Positions 43,728 to 52,559 of a stretch of 64,000 nt of DNA are shown here, piece by piece (position 1 is the stretch's first letter; every line of letters begins with the position of its first letter). The stretch lies in NCBI GenBank assembly GCA_028285755.1, contig JANQOQ010000010.1, positions 176,768-240,767 on the forward strand, written 5' to 3'. The notes beneath the pieces are model-generated. The model saw only the letters and a list, made by a program, of their open reading frames with translations. It was not told where the DNA came from and ran no database searches. Both the position numbers and the translations under genes were made by a program. The stretch comes from Puniceicoccaceae bacterium. GTDB lineage: Bacteria > Verrucomicrobiota > Verrucomicrobiia > Opitutales > JAFGAQ01.

Positions 43728-45157
43728 TTCTGTTTATATTCGGCGATCAATTGACTGAGTGTTTGGATGACCTCTGTATGCTTGCCAAGCGTTGCTAAAT
43801 TCACTTCTGAAACAGGATCCTTTTCGAGGTCATATAACTCCTTTGCCAGAATTTCGTAGGGAGCCTGCATTGTCCAGTACTCGCTGTAGCGATAGCGTCC
43901 ATCCGTCACGCTGTATGCAACCCCTCGTGTTTCGTCGTCTATGTTTCTTTCCACCTGTGAAAAGGCTGGACGGCTTTTCCAGGCTTGAGGATTGCCTTGT
44001 AATAAAGGAAGTAGCGATTGGCCGTCCAAAGCCTGTGAAGGTGAAGGCAAGCCACAATACTCAATCAGCGTTGGGTAGAGATCCACGAGCTGTACTAATT
44101 CCTCATTCGGTCCGTTAATCGTATTTTGACTGGGCAGTTTGATGATAAGAGGGCAACGTAGAGATTCTTCAAAAGCGGTGTTTTTATGCCAATCCCCACG
44201 TTCTCCCAGCTGGAATCCATGGTCCGATAGGAAAACGATCACCGTATTTTCATATAAATCATTATCTTTAAGTGCCTGAATGAGTTGACCAACCTGCGCA
44301 TCCAGAAATGAGACGCTGGCGAGGTATGCACGCTTAAGCTGTTTCATGGCCTCAGGGTCTCCATAATGTGGTGTTTTTGCATTAAATGCAAACTCGGGTA
44401 CGTCACTACGGTCGCCAGTGGGCGGAAGCGTGATCTGTTCTTCGGGGTACGGCCAGAAGTACTTTTCCGGAGCAACAAAAGGGGCATGGGGACGACGATA
44501 GCCTACTCCGATAAAAAAAGGCTGATTCTGGTTCAGCTCCATTTGCCGAATAGCTTCCTGCGTCGCCTGGCCGTCTTCCTGCTCCAGATCACTTTCAAAC
44601 GCCATCATTGCAAAATCGATCAAACCACTCAACCCGGGGAGTTCATACTTTTTTCCTATGCGTGCAAAAGGGGGATTTCCGGTTGCTCCGGCTGAGGCAT
44701 GCAGGCAATTGATCCGATAGTCCCAGCTTTTATCATCACAGAGCCTCCAACCCTTTGTGGGCAGCTGATCATCCCAGTAGCTGACGTGAAAGATTTTACC
44801 TATAGATGCTGTGAAGTAGCCATTTTGACGAAATAACTGGGGAAGTGTTACTGCATCCGGGGCATGATCACGAAAGGGAGTCCAGGATCCGCCTCCGACT
44901 TTGTCAGGGCGTAAACCCGTTAGGAATGAGTTACGAGAGGGGCCACATGCAGGATATTGGCTATAGTTACGTATAAATGTAATGCCTTCTTTGGCAAGGG
45001 CATCCAGGTGGGGGGTAATCGCCGAATTCATGGCACTTGAGGCCAGATCATCCGATACTATAAACAGTACGTTGGGCTTTTTTGCGTAGGACGTGATAAG
45101 CCCGGCGAGTGTTATCAGTAAGCTGCAGAAAAGTATTTTTGATGGAGCCATAAGCAA
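43724..45157 (-). CDS. Formylglycine-dependent sulfatase (S1 family)
   Basis: Signal peptide, PNVLFIVSDDL, the Cys-type FGly motif YPACGPSRNSFLTGLRP, and VIVFLSDHGFQLGE. Confidence 0.9.
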   Translation of the reverse strand: MLMAPSKILFCSLLITLAGLITSYAKKPNVLFIVSDDLASSAMNSAITPHLDALAKEGITFIRNYSQYPACGPSRNSFLTGLRPDKVGGGSWTPFRDHAPDAVTLPQLFRQNGYFTASIGKIFHVSYWDDQLPTKGWRLCDDKSWDYRINCLHASAGATGNPPFARIGKKYELPGLSGLIDFAMMAFESDLEQEDGQATQEAIRQMELNQNQPFFIGVGYRRPHAPFVAPEKYFWPYPEEQITLPPTGDRSDVPEFAFNAKTPHYGDPEAMKQLKRAYLASVSFLDAQVGQLIQALKDNDLYENTVIVFLSDHGFQLGERGDWHKNTAFEESLRCPLIIKLPSQNTINGPNEELVQLVDLYPTLIEYCGLPSPSQALDGQSLLPLLQGNPQAWKSRPAFSQVERNIDDETRGVAYSVTDGRYRYSEYWTMQAPYEILAKELYDLEKDPVSEVNLATLGKHTEVIQTLSQLIAEYKQN

Positions 45158-45222
45158 AATAAGCCGGATGCACGAATCGATTGTGTGCTACCCGACTTAG
45201 ATGTTTTGGTTATATAAAAGGA

Positions 45223-46632
45223 CTAGTCCCGATCAAACTTGATGACCGATGCGATCGTGTCGGGTGCTTTTTCTGGCACTTCGATTACGTATGCGTCTCC
45301 CGTTGATAATAATTTAAGTTTCTTATCTCCCTTAGAGGTGAGCAGCATGGGGTTTGAAATTTTGCCTACTCCCTCAACGACGAGCCGTCCGTCTTCAGGC
45401 CACTCAAATACATGTGCATATAGGGTGCCTTCTTTCGTTGTGTAGCGCCCCCAAACAGGGTGTTCGACTGGGCTCGCATCTGCACCGTGAATGGATTCGC
45501 CGTTCACATCCATCCATTTCCCCATGTTTTCGAGGCTGGTAATGCTGGGCTGCGGGATCAAACCATTCGCCATAGGACCTACATTGAGCAATAAATTGCC
45601 ACCCTTGGAGACGATATCAACAAGATTATGGATCAAAACCTCGTCTGATTTCCAGTTATCATCAAAGTGCTTATAACCCCAGGTATCGTTCATGGTCAGG
45701 CACGACTCCCAATCGACTCCCGGCACTCCGGTATCCGGTATTTCCTTTTCAGGTGTGCCGAAATCTCCGGCAAAGTCACCCTCTCGGTCAAAGCCCATCA
45801 TCCCCTGGCGTCCTACATCGACGCGGTTGTTTACGATAATATCGGGCTGAAGTGTGCGCACAAAATTGTAAACATCCTTGCCCATCTCAGTGGTGTATGC
45901 CACGGGCCATTCTCCATCAAACCAGAGAACTCCAATGTCTCCAAAATCGGTGAGCAATTCATAAAGCTGAGGCTTCATGTAGTTCTCTACATAATAGGGG
46001 AAGCGTGGATTGGTATTCATGTTACCACGTCCGCGCTGATAGTAGGGTTCCCAATATCCCTGAGCATCCGGGTGATGCCAATCCATGATCGAATAGTAAA
46101 AGCAAAATACAATCCCATGGCGCTCACAGGCTTCTGCTAATTCCTTTAAAATATCCTTTTCGTAGGGACTGGATTCACCAATATCCCAATCGGTTACCCC
46201 TGAGTCCCAAAGCCCAAATCCATCGTGATGCTTAGAAGTAATCACAATGTACTTCATCCCCGCACGTTTAGCCAGTGATACCCATTCATCTGCATCAAAC
46301 TGCTTGGGGTTAAAGTGCCGGCCGAAACGCTCATATTCGGCAATGGGAATTTGCATGCTATTCATGATCCACTCTCCGATTCCCCGAACTCTTGAGCCGC
46401 GATATTCGCCCGCCGGTACGGCATAAAGGCCCCAGTGAATAAACATACCGAAACGCGCATCTTTCCACCACTCCATACGTTTTGCTTTATCCTGAGGGCT
46501 TTCATTCAGGAAATTCTGAACCTCCAGTGATTGGGAGGCTTGTATGATTTTATCCGCTCCCGGGTGGGAGGCAAAAGTTATGTTTACAGCAAGGAGTGCA
46601 ATAAGAGCTAGGAAAGTATGGGTACGTTTCAT
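45223..46632 (-). CDS. Alpha-L-fucosidase, glycoside hydrolase family 29
   Basis: Signal peptide, WWKDARFGMFIHWGLYAVPAG, AGMKYIVITSKHHDGFGLWDS, and GGNLLLNVGPMANGLIPQPSITSLENMGKWMDVNGESIHG. Confidence 0.9.
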   Translation of the reverse strand: MKRTHTFLALIALLAVNITFASHPGADKIIQASQSLEVQNFLNESPQDKAKRMEWWKDARFGMFIHWGLYAVPAGEYRGSRVRGIGEWIMNSMQIPIAEYERFGRHFNPKQFDADEWVSLAKRAGMKYIVITSKHHDGFGLWDSGVTDWDIGESSPYEKDILKELAEACERHGIVFCFYYSIMDWHHPDAQGYWEPYYQRGRGNMNTNPRFPYYVENYMKPQLYELLTDFGDIGVLWFDGEWPVAYTTEMGKDVYNFVRTLQPDIIVNNRVDVGRQGMMGFDREGDFAGDFGTPEKEIPDTGVPGVDWESCLTMNDTWGYKHFDDNWKSDEVLIHNLVDIVSKGGNLLLNVGPMANGLIPQPSITSLENMGKWMDVNGESIHGADASPVEHPVWGRYTTKEGTLYAHVFEWPEDGRLVVEGVGKISNPMLLTSKGDKKLKLLSTGDAYVIEVPEKAPDTIASVIKFDRD

Positions 46633-46755
46633 ATTTTGATTATTTGGGTTTATTACGGAAATTCTGTGTTTATAGTGGTATACTATGAGAACGTCAAGTA
46701 ACTCTCACTATTAGATGATTATGAGGCTATTATCAACTACGCCTATTTTTTGCAA

Positions 46756-48054
46756 TTACCCGAATTCTACGCGATGCGTTGCAATATAGTCTGGATCTAT
46801 GTTGATCCCTAAGCCTAGCCCGGTCGGTATATCAACAACTCCATCATGGCTTGCAAATGGCTTTCCCTTACTTTCGATTGGGATATGAGTTCCATTTGCG
46901 TCCGGTGTGTCAAACATCTTAAACTCATGAAAATCGTAAGCTGCCGGACTTACTGATACCATGTGTAACATGTATAAAAAGCCTAATCCCCCACGAGACA
47001 TATGGGGAGTAATTTGCAGCCCGGCGGCCTCAGCCATGCGTGCGACCTGCATGGTGCGAATCATCCCGCCGTAGTAAAAAATATCGGGTTGTAGAACCTG
47101 AAACACCTCATTGCCAATGAGATAGCGAAATGCATGCATCCCGAATTCTACCTCGCCACCGGCCATAGGTATTTGGAGGGCTGCTTCGACTTCTTTTTGC
47201 TCAAGATACCAGTCCCAGGGGATGGGTTCCTCGTAGAAGGCATAATTATACTCCTCAAGAAGCTTACCGATGCGTATGGCCTCCTTTACCGAGTAGGATC
47301 CATTTCCATCGATCATGAGCACCATATCATCTCCAAAAACCTCGCGAGCCATGCGTATTAGTTTTTCAGTGCGACCGGGTGCATTGTCGATATCCGTTGC
47401 CAGATTATCTCCGCGTCCTGCCCTTAATTTTACGGCCTTGGCCTCCGTCGCCTTAACATCTGCCTGCATAAGTGGAAGCGACTCGCTGGGATCAAGTTTG
47501 CGAAAATTTGCGAGATGGTGCCCTAAATATATGGGAATTTCTTTGTGTGTTAAATCACCGATCAGTTGACCCATCGGTAATTCTGCAATCGTTCCAAGCA
47601 TATCGAGGATTGCGAATTCGATATTCGCTATCTGCACACACAGGGGGATGCCCTGCCTTTTAATGTTTCGCTCTACTGCATTGAATATCAGAAGATCCAG
47701 ATCGCGTGCGTCTTTACCCGCAAAATGATGATGCAGGTTATGCTGAAACATGGGGTAGCTTGATTTTGCGATGAAGGGATGACCCACTGCAACTCCCTCG
47801 GCTCCATCCTTGGATCGCACCCGCACAATGCAATTATTGCGGTCACGCAGTAGCTCAATCTTATCGATGATAATGGGGTCTTTAAACAGCTCCCGCTTGA
47901 GTACCGGTTGATTGCGCACTGTATCCAGCTCACTAAAATCGACTCTTTGTTTAAGTGGATTGGGGGTCGAGTATCCCTTGCTTGCAGGGAGAAGGGTAGC
48001 AGCAGTACCTGCGGCTGCTGCTCGGGAGAGAAATTGGCGTCGGGATGATTTCAT
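46756..48054 (-). CDS. Tat-exported enolase-superfamily enzyme (mandelate racemase/muconate-lactonizing type, probable acid-sugar dehydratase)
   Basis: Start placed at ATG 48054: MKSSRRQFLSRAAAAGTAATLLPA (twin-arginine leader). Metal ligands follow the MR/MLE pattern: LMIDGNGSY, FYEEPIP, MAGGEVEF. Confidence 0.8.
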   Translation of the reverse strand: MKSSRRQFLSRAAAAGTAATLLPASKGYSTPNPLKQRVDFSELDTVRNQPVLKRELFKDPIIIDKIELLRDRNNCIVRVRSKDGAEGVAVGHPFIAKSSYPMFQHNLHHHFAGKDARDLDLLIFNAVERNIKRQGIPLCVQIANIEFAILDMLGTIAELPMGQLIGDLTHKEIPIYLGHHLANFRKLDPSESLPLMQADVKATEAKAVKLRAGRGDNLATDIDNAPGRTEKLIRMAREVFGDDMVLMIDGNGSYSVKEAIRIGKLLEEYNYAFYEEPIPWDWYLEQKEVEAALQIPMAGGEVEFGMHAFRYLIGNEVFQVLQPDIFYYGGMIRTMQVARMAEAAGLQITPHMSRGGLGFLYMLHMVSVSPAAYDFHEFKMFDTPDANGTHIPIESKGKPFASHDGVVDIPTGLGLGINIDPDYIATHRVEFG

Positions 48055-48061
48055 AAGGAGA

Positions 48062-49687
48062 TTATGAGTCTTTATATAGCCGATTTTCGCTGTAGAAAAC
48101 AAAAATCGTCGGGGCATCTTTAGGAGCTTTAAGCCTGAAGAATTCCGATTGGTCATCCGCCAGTTTTCCCTCATCAATCAGCTCTGCAGTCTTGGGATCG
48201 TAGATGCGGTAGTTCTTGGGCAGCAATTGGCTGTATTTGAACCAAGGGGTATCCTGATTATCCATGTAAAGGATGAAGAGTTCATCTTTGACGTAGAGTC
48301 CTCTGCGAGAGGGGGCTATGTTCCAGCGAGGTTCTACTCCGGTCATATCATATTTATTGAGAATTTTGCCCAAATTGCCTACATAAGTGGCGCCTTCGAA
48401 CTCGAGTGCGTCATACCAGGCTGCATCTTTGGCAACCGTCCAGTCGGAAAGGCCTGGCTCATTGGGCCTAACCGCCCAGTTCCATAAGCTCCCAGCTCCG
48501 TATACGACCCCCATAGTACCCCCGGCAGTCAGGTTGCTCCAGGCTTCATGTCCCTGCCACCAGCCGGATGCTTTACCTGGGCTTCCCATGTTTTCATAGG
48601 TGGGCTCGCCATTAGCTGCGGCTTTGATGGGTGTCTGGTAATACAGCGCCATGGATGCTTCCGGCAAGTGGGTGCCATTGTGGCCGGTCTGCGACCATTG
48701 AAAATCGAGCCAGTCTGCTGCCTGATGGCTATCAGTTTTTCCATGCGGAGCATAGTGAAGGCCGGTCGGGTGCTGGTAATAATCCCAATATTCGACTACT
48801 TCTCCCCCCGTGGGGATTCCCGGTGCATCCCCATCCCCATCTCCGCCGATGAGCCAGACTGCCGGTGAAGCCCCGTAGCGCGCGACCAGATATTTGCAAA
48901 AGCGTGCATACTCAACCGGATCTGCCGTATTCCCCAGAGTTTCGAGTCCTTTCCAGCCAAAGCCATGAAATACCGGCTGGAATACGGGAACGATCTCATG
49001 CTCGATGAGTATATCGATAATCTGATCGAGATACTGAAAGTAGGAAATATTGATCTCATTAAGGTGACCCTCGGGTAAGTCCCGGAAACCAACCATAAAG
49101 CCTTCATCGACACCACGTTCCTCCGGTCCTACGGCACCCATATCCGGCTGAACCGTCATCAAGAGGGTGGCATTGAACCCCTTATCCTGGCGATCCTTTG
49201 CATACTTGCGGACTTCATCGGTCGTTGCTCGCCACGGGATTGCCCATCCGGTGTCCGCCACAATCAACACTGATCGACCATCCCAGTGGTACATTTGCCG
49301 GCTGTTCTTCGGAATATTCCAGAAACCGTGCCGCGTAAATACATTGTCTGCGTTTGACGATGTCGCCTGTAATTCTCCCTCTACCACAGACAGTGGTTGC
49401 CAACGGTGAGACATGATCAATTCCCATTGCCAGGTGCCTTGTGCTTCGGTTGAGGTAAACCGTACACTGAAGCGATCTCCTCCGTCCCAGAAGAGAGGTC
49501 GTTGGATCACTTCACCTCCCGAATGCGTGAATTGCACATGTCCTTCAACTTCAGTGTAGGGATTGTCTGCGTCGTGTGAAATTTCAAAAGGTATTTCGAT
49601 GGGCTGCAACAGTGGTGCCTTGGTGGGAATTGCATGCGTTATGCAATAAAGCAAGGTGGATAGAGATAATATAAGTAGGTATTTCAT
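48062..49687 (-). CDS. DUF4038-type (GH140-like) glycoside hydrolase with N-terminal beta-sandwich domain
   Basis: Start placed at ATG 49687 (MKYLLILSLSTLLYC, signal peptide). RSVLIVADTGWAIPWRATTDEVRKYAKDRQDKGFNATLLMTVQPD matches the DUF4038 entry motif (GDTAW...GFN). Confidence 0.6.
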   Translation of the reverse strand: MKYLLILSLSTLLYCITHAIPTKAPLLQPIEIPFEISHDADNPYTEVEGHVQFTHSGGEVIQRPLFWDGGDRFSVRFTSTEAQGTWQWELIMSHRWQPLSVVEGELQATSSNADNVFTRHGFWNIPKNSRQMYHWDGRSVLIVADTGWAIPWRATTDEVRKYAKDRQDKGFNATLLMTVQPDMGAVGPEERGVDEGFMVGFRDLPEGHLNEINISYFQYLDQIIDILIEHEIVPVFQPVFHGFGWKGLETLGNTADPVEYARFCKYLVARYGASPAVWLIGGDGDGDAPGIPTGGEVVEYWDYYQHPTGLHYAPHGKTDSHQAADWLDFQWSQTGHNGTHLPEASMALYYQTPIKAAANGEPTYENMGSPGKASGWWQGHEAWSNLTAGGTMGVVYGAGSLWNWAVRPNEPGLSDWTVAKDAAWYDALEFEGATYVGNLGKILNKYDMTGVEPRWNIAPSRRGLYVKDELFILYMDNQDTPWFKYSQLLPKNYRIYDPKTAELIDEGKLADDQSEFFRLKAPKDAPTIFVFYSENRLYKDS

Positions 49688-49824
49688 AATGTAGATAATA
49701 GGGGGACGAATAATGACTCGCAACCCACTATAGACTGAGTCGATTGCATGTTACAATTTGCACAAATACGATTAATGGCTCCATCCGTGCTTGATGTAAT
49801 TATCTTTTTTTACACATTCTTATT

Positions 49825-50595
49825 ATGGAAACTCGCGAAGAAATTGTTCAAAACTGGCTCCCTCGCTATACTGGTTGCCCGCTCGACCAATTCGGTAAAT
49901 ACATCCTCATTTGTAATTTTGATAACTACGTGAAGTGCTTTGCGGATCGCTACGGCGTTCGCATTTACGGGGAGGATAAGCCCATGACCTGCGCTACTGC
50001 CGGGGATATTACGATCATCAATTTTGGGATGGGTAGTGCTTCTGCGGCAACGGTCGTGGATTTACTTTCAGCTATCGACCCCCAAGCCATTTTGTTTCTT
50101 GGTAAGTGTGGGGCCGTTAAGCACCGGGCCGTCCTGGGTGAGTTTATTTTGCCCATTGCTGCCATTCGCGGGGAGGGCGCAAGTGATGATTATTTTCCAA
50201 AGGAAGTGCCCGCGCTACCTTCATTTGCACTGCAAAAGACTATTTCGACTGCCATTCGCGAAGCGGGTAAGGATTATTGGACGGGCTCCATTTACACTAC
50301 CAACCGCAGAGTATGGGAGCATGATGAAAAATTTAAGGAATATTTGCGAAAGATCCGTGTCATTGCCATCGATATGGAGACGGCCACCATTTTTATAACC
50401 AGTTTTTTTAATGAAATACCGAGCGGAGCATTGCTCCTGGTATCGGATGAGCCGATGACTCCCGATGGCGTGAAAACCGCTCAAAGCGACCAAAAAGTAA
50501 ATCAGGAGTTTTTGTTGAGCCACCTCAATATCGGCATAGAAGCCATGGAAAAACTGAAGAATAACGCCCTCACCATAAAACATCTAAAATTTTAG
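49825..50595 (+). CDS. Short AMP-nucleosidase-like protein (PNP/UDP phosphorylase fold)
   Basis: EEIVQNWLPRYTGCPLDQFGKYILICNFDNYVKCFADRYG and IAIDMETATIF resemble the ~255-aa AMP nucleosidase family common in Bacteroidota-like genomes. Confidence 0.6.
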   Translation: METREEIVQNWLPRYTGCPLDQFGKYILICNFDNYVKCFADRYGVRIYGEDKPMTCATAGDITIINFGMGSASAATVVDLLSAIDPQAILFLGKCGAVKHRAVLGEFILPIAAIRGEGASDDYFPKEVPALPSFALQKTISTAIREAGKDYWTGSIYTTNRRVWEHDEKFKEYLRKIRVIAIDMETATIFITSFFNEIPSGALLLVSDEPMTPDGVKTAQSDQKVNQEFLLSHLNIGIEAMEKLKNNALTIKHLKF

Positions 50596-50782
50596 TTTTT
50601 ATAAGCGTATGTGGTTCACGTGTGTGGATAGAAAATCGGACCTATAAACCTTAAAAAGTTAGTTAAATCGCCTTTTTGGGTATTTTTTCAGTTAGTTTCT
50701 GTAAGTTTTTCCCGCAGGTAGCGTTTCTTGGGTCAGAATTACAAAATTCTTGCTTATAGATACTATTAACGGAAGGACTAAA

Positions 50783-52489
50783 ATGAAAAAAGCTTTAGCA
50801 ATACTCTGCTCCAAAGCAATTTTAAGCGTAAGCCTCGTATTTGGTAATGGCGGTGCCCAAGACAGCATCGTAGAAACTGCTACAAATGCCGGGGTTTTTA
50901 ATACTCTCCTTGCAGCTGCTACTGCTGCTGGACTCGTCGAATTTATCGACAATGATGTACCCAAGACGGTTTTCGCCCCCACTGATGATGCTTTTGCAGC
51001 ATTGCCTGCCGGAACAGTAGATACTCTCTTACTCCCTGAAAATATTGATTGGTTGAGAGATATTCTACAATACCACATCGTTGAAGGCAATGTGCTCGCT
51101 GCGGATCTCAGCACAGGTTTTGTAGAAACCACGAGCCGTGCCGGTTTACGTGTGGATGTCAATGGAGGCGTTCAACTGGATCAGCGAGTAAATGTAACGA
51201 CTGCAGACATTATCGCCAAAAATGGTGTGATTCATATCATTGACGGGGTATTATTGCCACCCACAAACAATGTTCTTACGGGTGTATTAACAGATCCTGA
51301 GTTGTCCACATTAGCTGCTGCGGCTGCTGCAGTTGAGGGCTTGCCCGGTATACTTGCAGGGGATCGTCCGATCACACTTTTTGCGCCCACGGATGCGGCA
51401 TTTGCAAAATTGCCCGCAGGCACTGTAGAATCTTTGCTTTTGCCTGAGAATGCGGGAGCACTGGCTAATATATTGCTCTATCACGCGGCTACCACGAGCA
51501 TCTACTCTTCTGACTTTGCCAATCGCCCTTTTGCAATGGCAAATGGTGGATCAATCGAAGTCGAGGTGACTGACCAATATGCAATCAAGTTTCCCGGTGG
51601 CCAAACCACTTTGAAGCAAGGTGATATTCGCTGGTTAAATGGAGTCATTCATAAGATCGAAGATGTATTACTCCCCGGCGATATGGATGTCGTTGATATG
51701 CTGATTGCTAACGGCAATTATAATACACTTGTTGCTGCAGTGCAGGCTGCTGACCTTGTAGATACCTTAAGGGGTTTAAGCGGTGTTACTATCTTTGCTC
51801 CTACAGATGATGCTTTTGCTGCATTGCCGCCCGGATATGTAACTGAGCTCTTAACACCTGAAAAGCGTGATGAGTTGATCGCAGTATTACTTTATCACGT
51901 ATTACCTGCTCAGGTATTCGCGCAGGATATCAGCACACAGACTTTTGAAACGGCCTTGGGCAATGATCTGGTAACTAACGTGAATGGTACCGTGACCATC
52001 AATGGAGGACCCACCGTGACGGGAGTTAACATGCTCGCAAGCAACGGGGTTATTCACTCCATAGACGGTGTGTTACTACCCCCGGTAGATATTGCCACTA
52101 CACTCACCAACATGGGTGATTTCACTACGCTTTTGACTGCAGTTGTGGCAGCGGATCTGGCAGGAACGCTCAGTGGCCCAGGTAACTTTACCGTATTTGC
52201 ACCGACAGATGCTGCATTTGCTGCTCTACCGGATGGTGTCTTGGATAGCCTGCTTGCTGACGTGGATGCCCTAACTAATGTTCTTCTCTATCACGTTCTC
52301 GGAACCAAGGTGCGTGGGGGTGAATTGCTGACCGGTCCGGTAACTACATTACAAGGTGGTTCACACACCGTTCATTTCAATGGCAGCCATTTACAAATTG
52401 GCACAACTAACATCATCATTTCAGATGTGATTACCAGTAACGGTGTGATCCATGTGATTGACGCTGTGTTAGTACCACCTGCCAGCTAA
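50783..52489 (+). CDS. Secreted fasciclin (4 x FAS1 domain) protein
   Basis: Start placed at ATG 50783 (MKKALAILCSKAILSVSLVFG). There are four repeats of the FAS1 signature (TVFAPTDDAFAALP ... NGVIHxIDGVLLPP). Confidence 0.9.
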   Translation: MKKALAILCSKAILSVSLVFGNGGAQDSIVETATNAGVFNTLLAAATAAGLVEFIDNDVPKTVFAPTDDAFAALPAGTVDTLLLPENIDWLRDILQYHIVEGNVLAADLSTGFVETTSRAGLRVDVNGGVQLDQRVNVTTADIIAKNGVIHIIDGVLLPPTNNVLTGVLTDPELSTLAAAAAAVEGLPGILAGDRPITLFAPTDAAFAKLPAGTVESLLLPENAGALANILLYHAATTSIYSSDFANRPFAMANGGSIEVEVTDQYAIKFPGGQTTLKQGDIRWLNGVIHKIEDVLLPGDMDVVDMLIANGNYNTLVAAVQAADLVDTLRGLSGVTIFAPTDDAFAALPPGYVTELLTPEKRDELIAVLLYHVLPAQVFAQDISTQTFETALGNDLVTNVNGTVTINGGPTVTGVNMLASNGVIHSIDGVLLPPVDIATTLTNMGDFTTLLTAVVAADLAGTLSGPGNFTVFAPTDAAFAALPDGVLDSLLADVDALTNVLLYHVLGTKVRGGELLTGPVTTLQGGSHTVHFNGSHLQIGTTNIIISDVITSNGVIHVIDAVLVPPAS

Positions 52490-52518
52490 AAGATAAAAAT
52501 TTAACTTATCTACTTTAA

Positions 52519-52559
52519 AGCGATTATCGGCTTTGGCCGATAGTCGCTTTTTTATTTTT
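52519..52559. terminator. Strong hairpin + T-tract between convergent genes (bidirectional terminator)
   Basis: AGCGATTATCGGC-TTTG-GCCGATAGTCGCT (13-bp stem with one G-U) followed by TTTTTATTTTT on the plus strand. It overlaps the last codons of the minus-strand gene ending at 52524. Confidence 0.75.

Noticed and set aside
49825-50595. PNP/UDP-fold AMP-nucleosidase-like gene considered as a possible Detocs-type (PNP) effector
   Set aside because: It has no receiver domain. It lies ~38 kb from the phosphorelay operon in the higher-GC region, and it resembles the housekeeping short AMP nucleosidase family, so a link to the island system is unsupported.
50783-52489. Internal nucleotide repeats in the fasciclin gene
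   Set aside because: They are explained by four tandem FAS1 protein domains (recurrent FAPTDxAFAxLP and NGVIHxID motifs), not an independent DNA repeat element.
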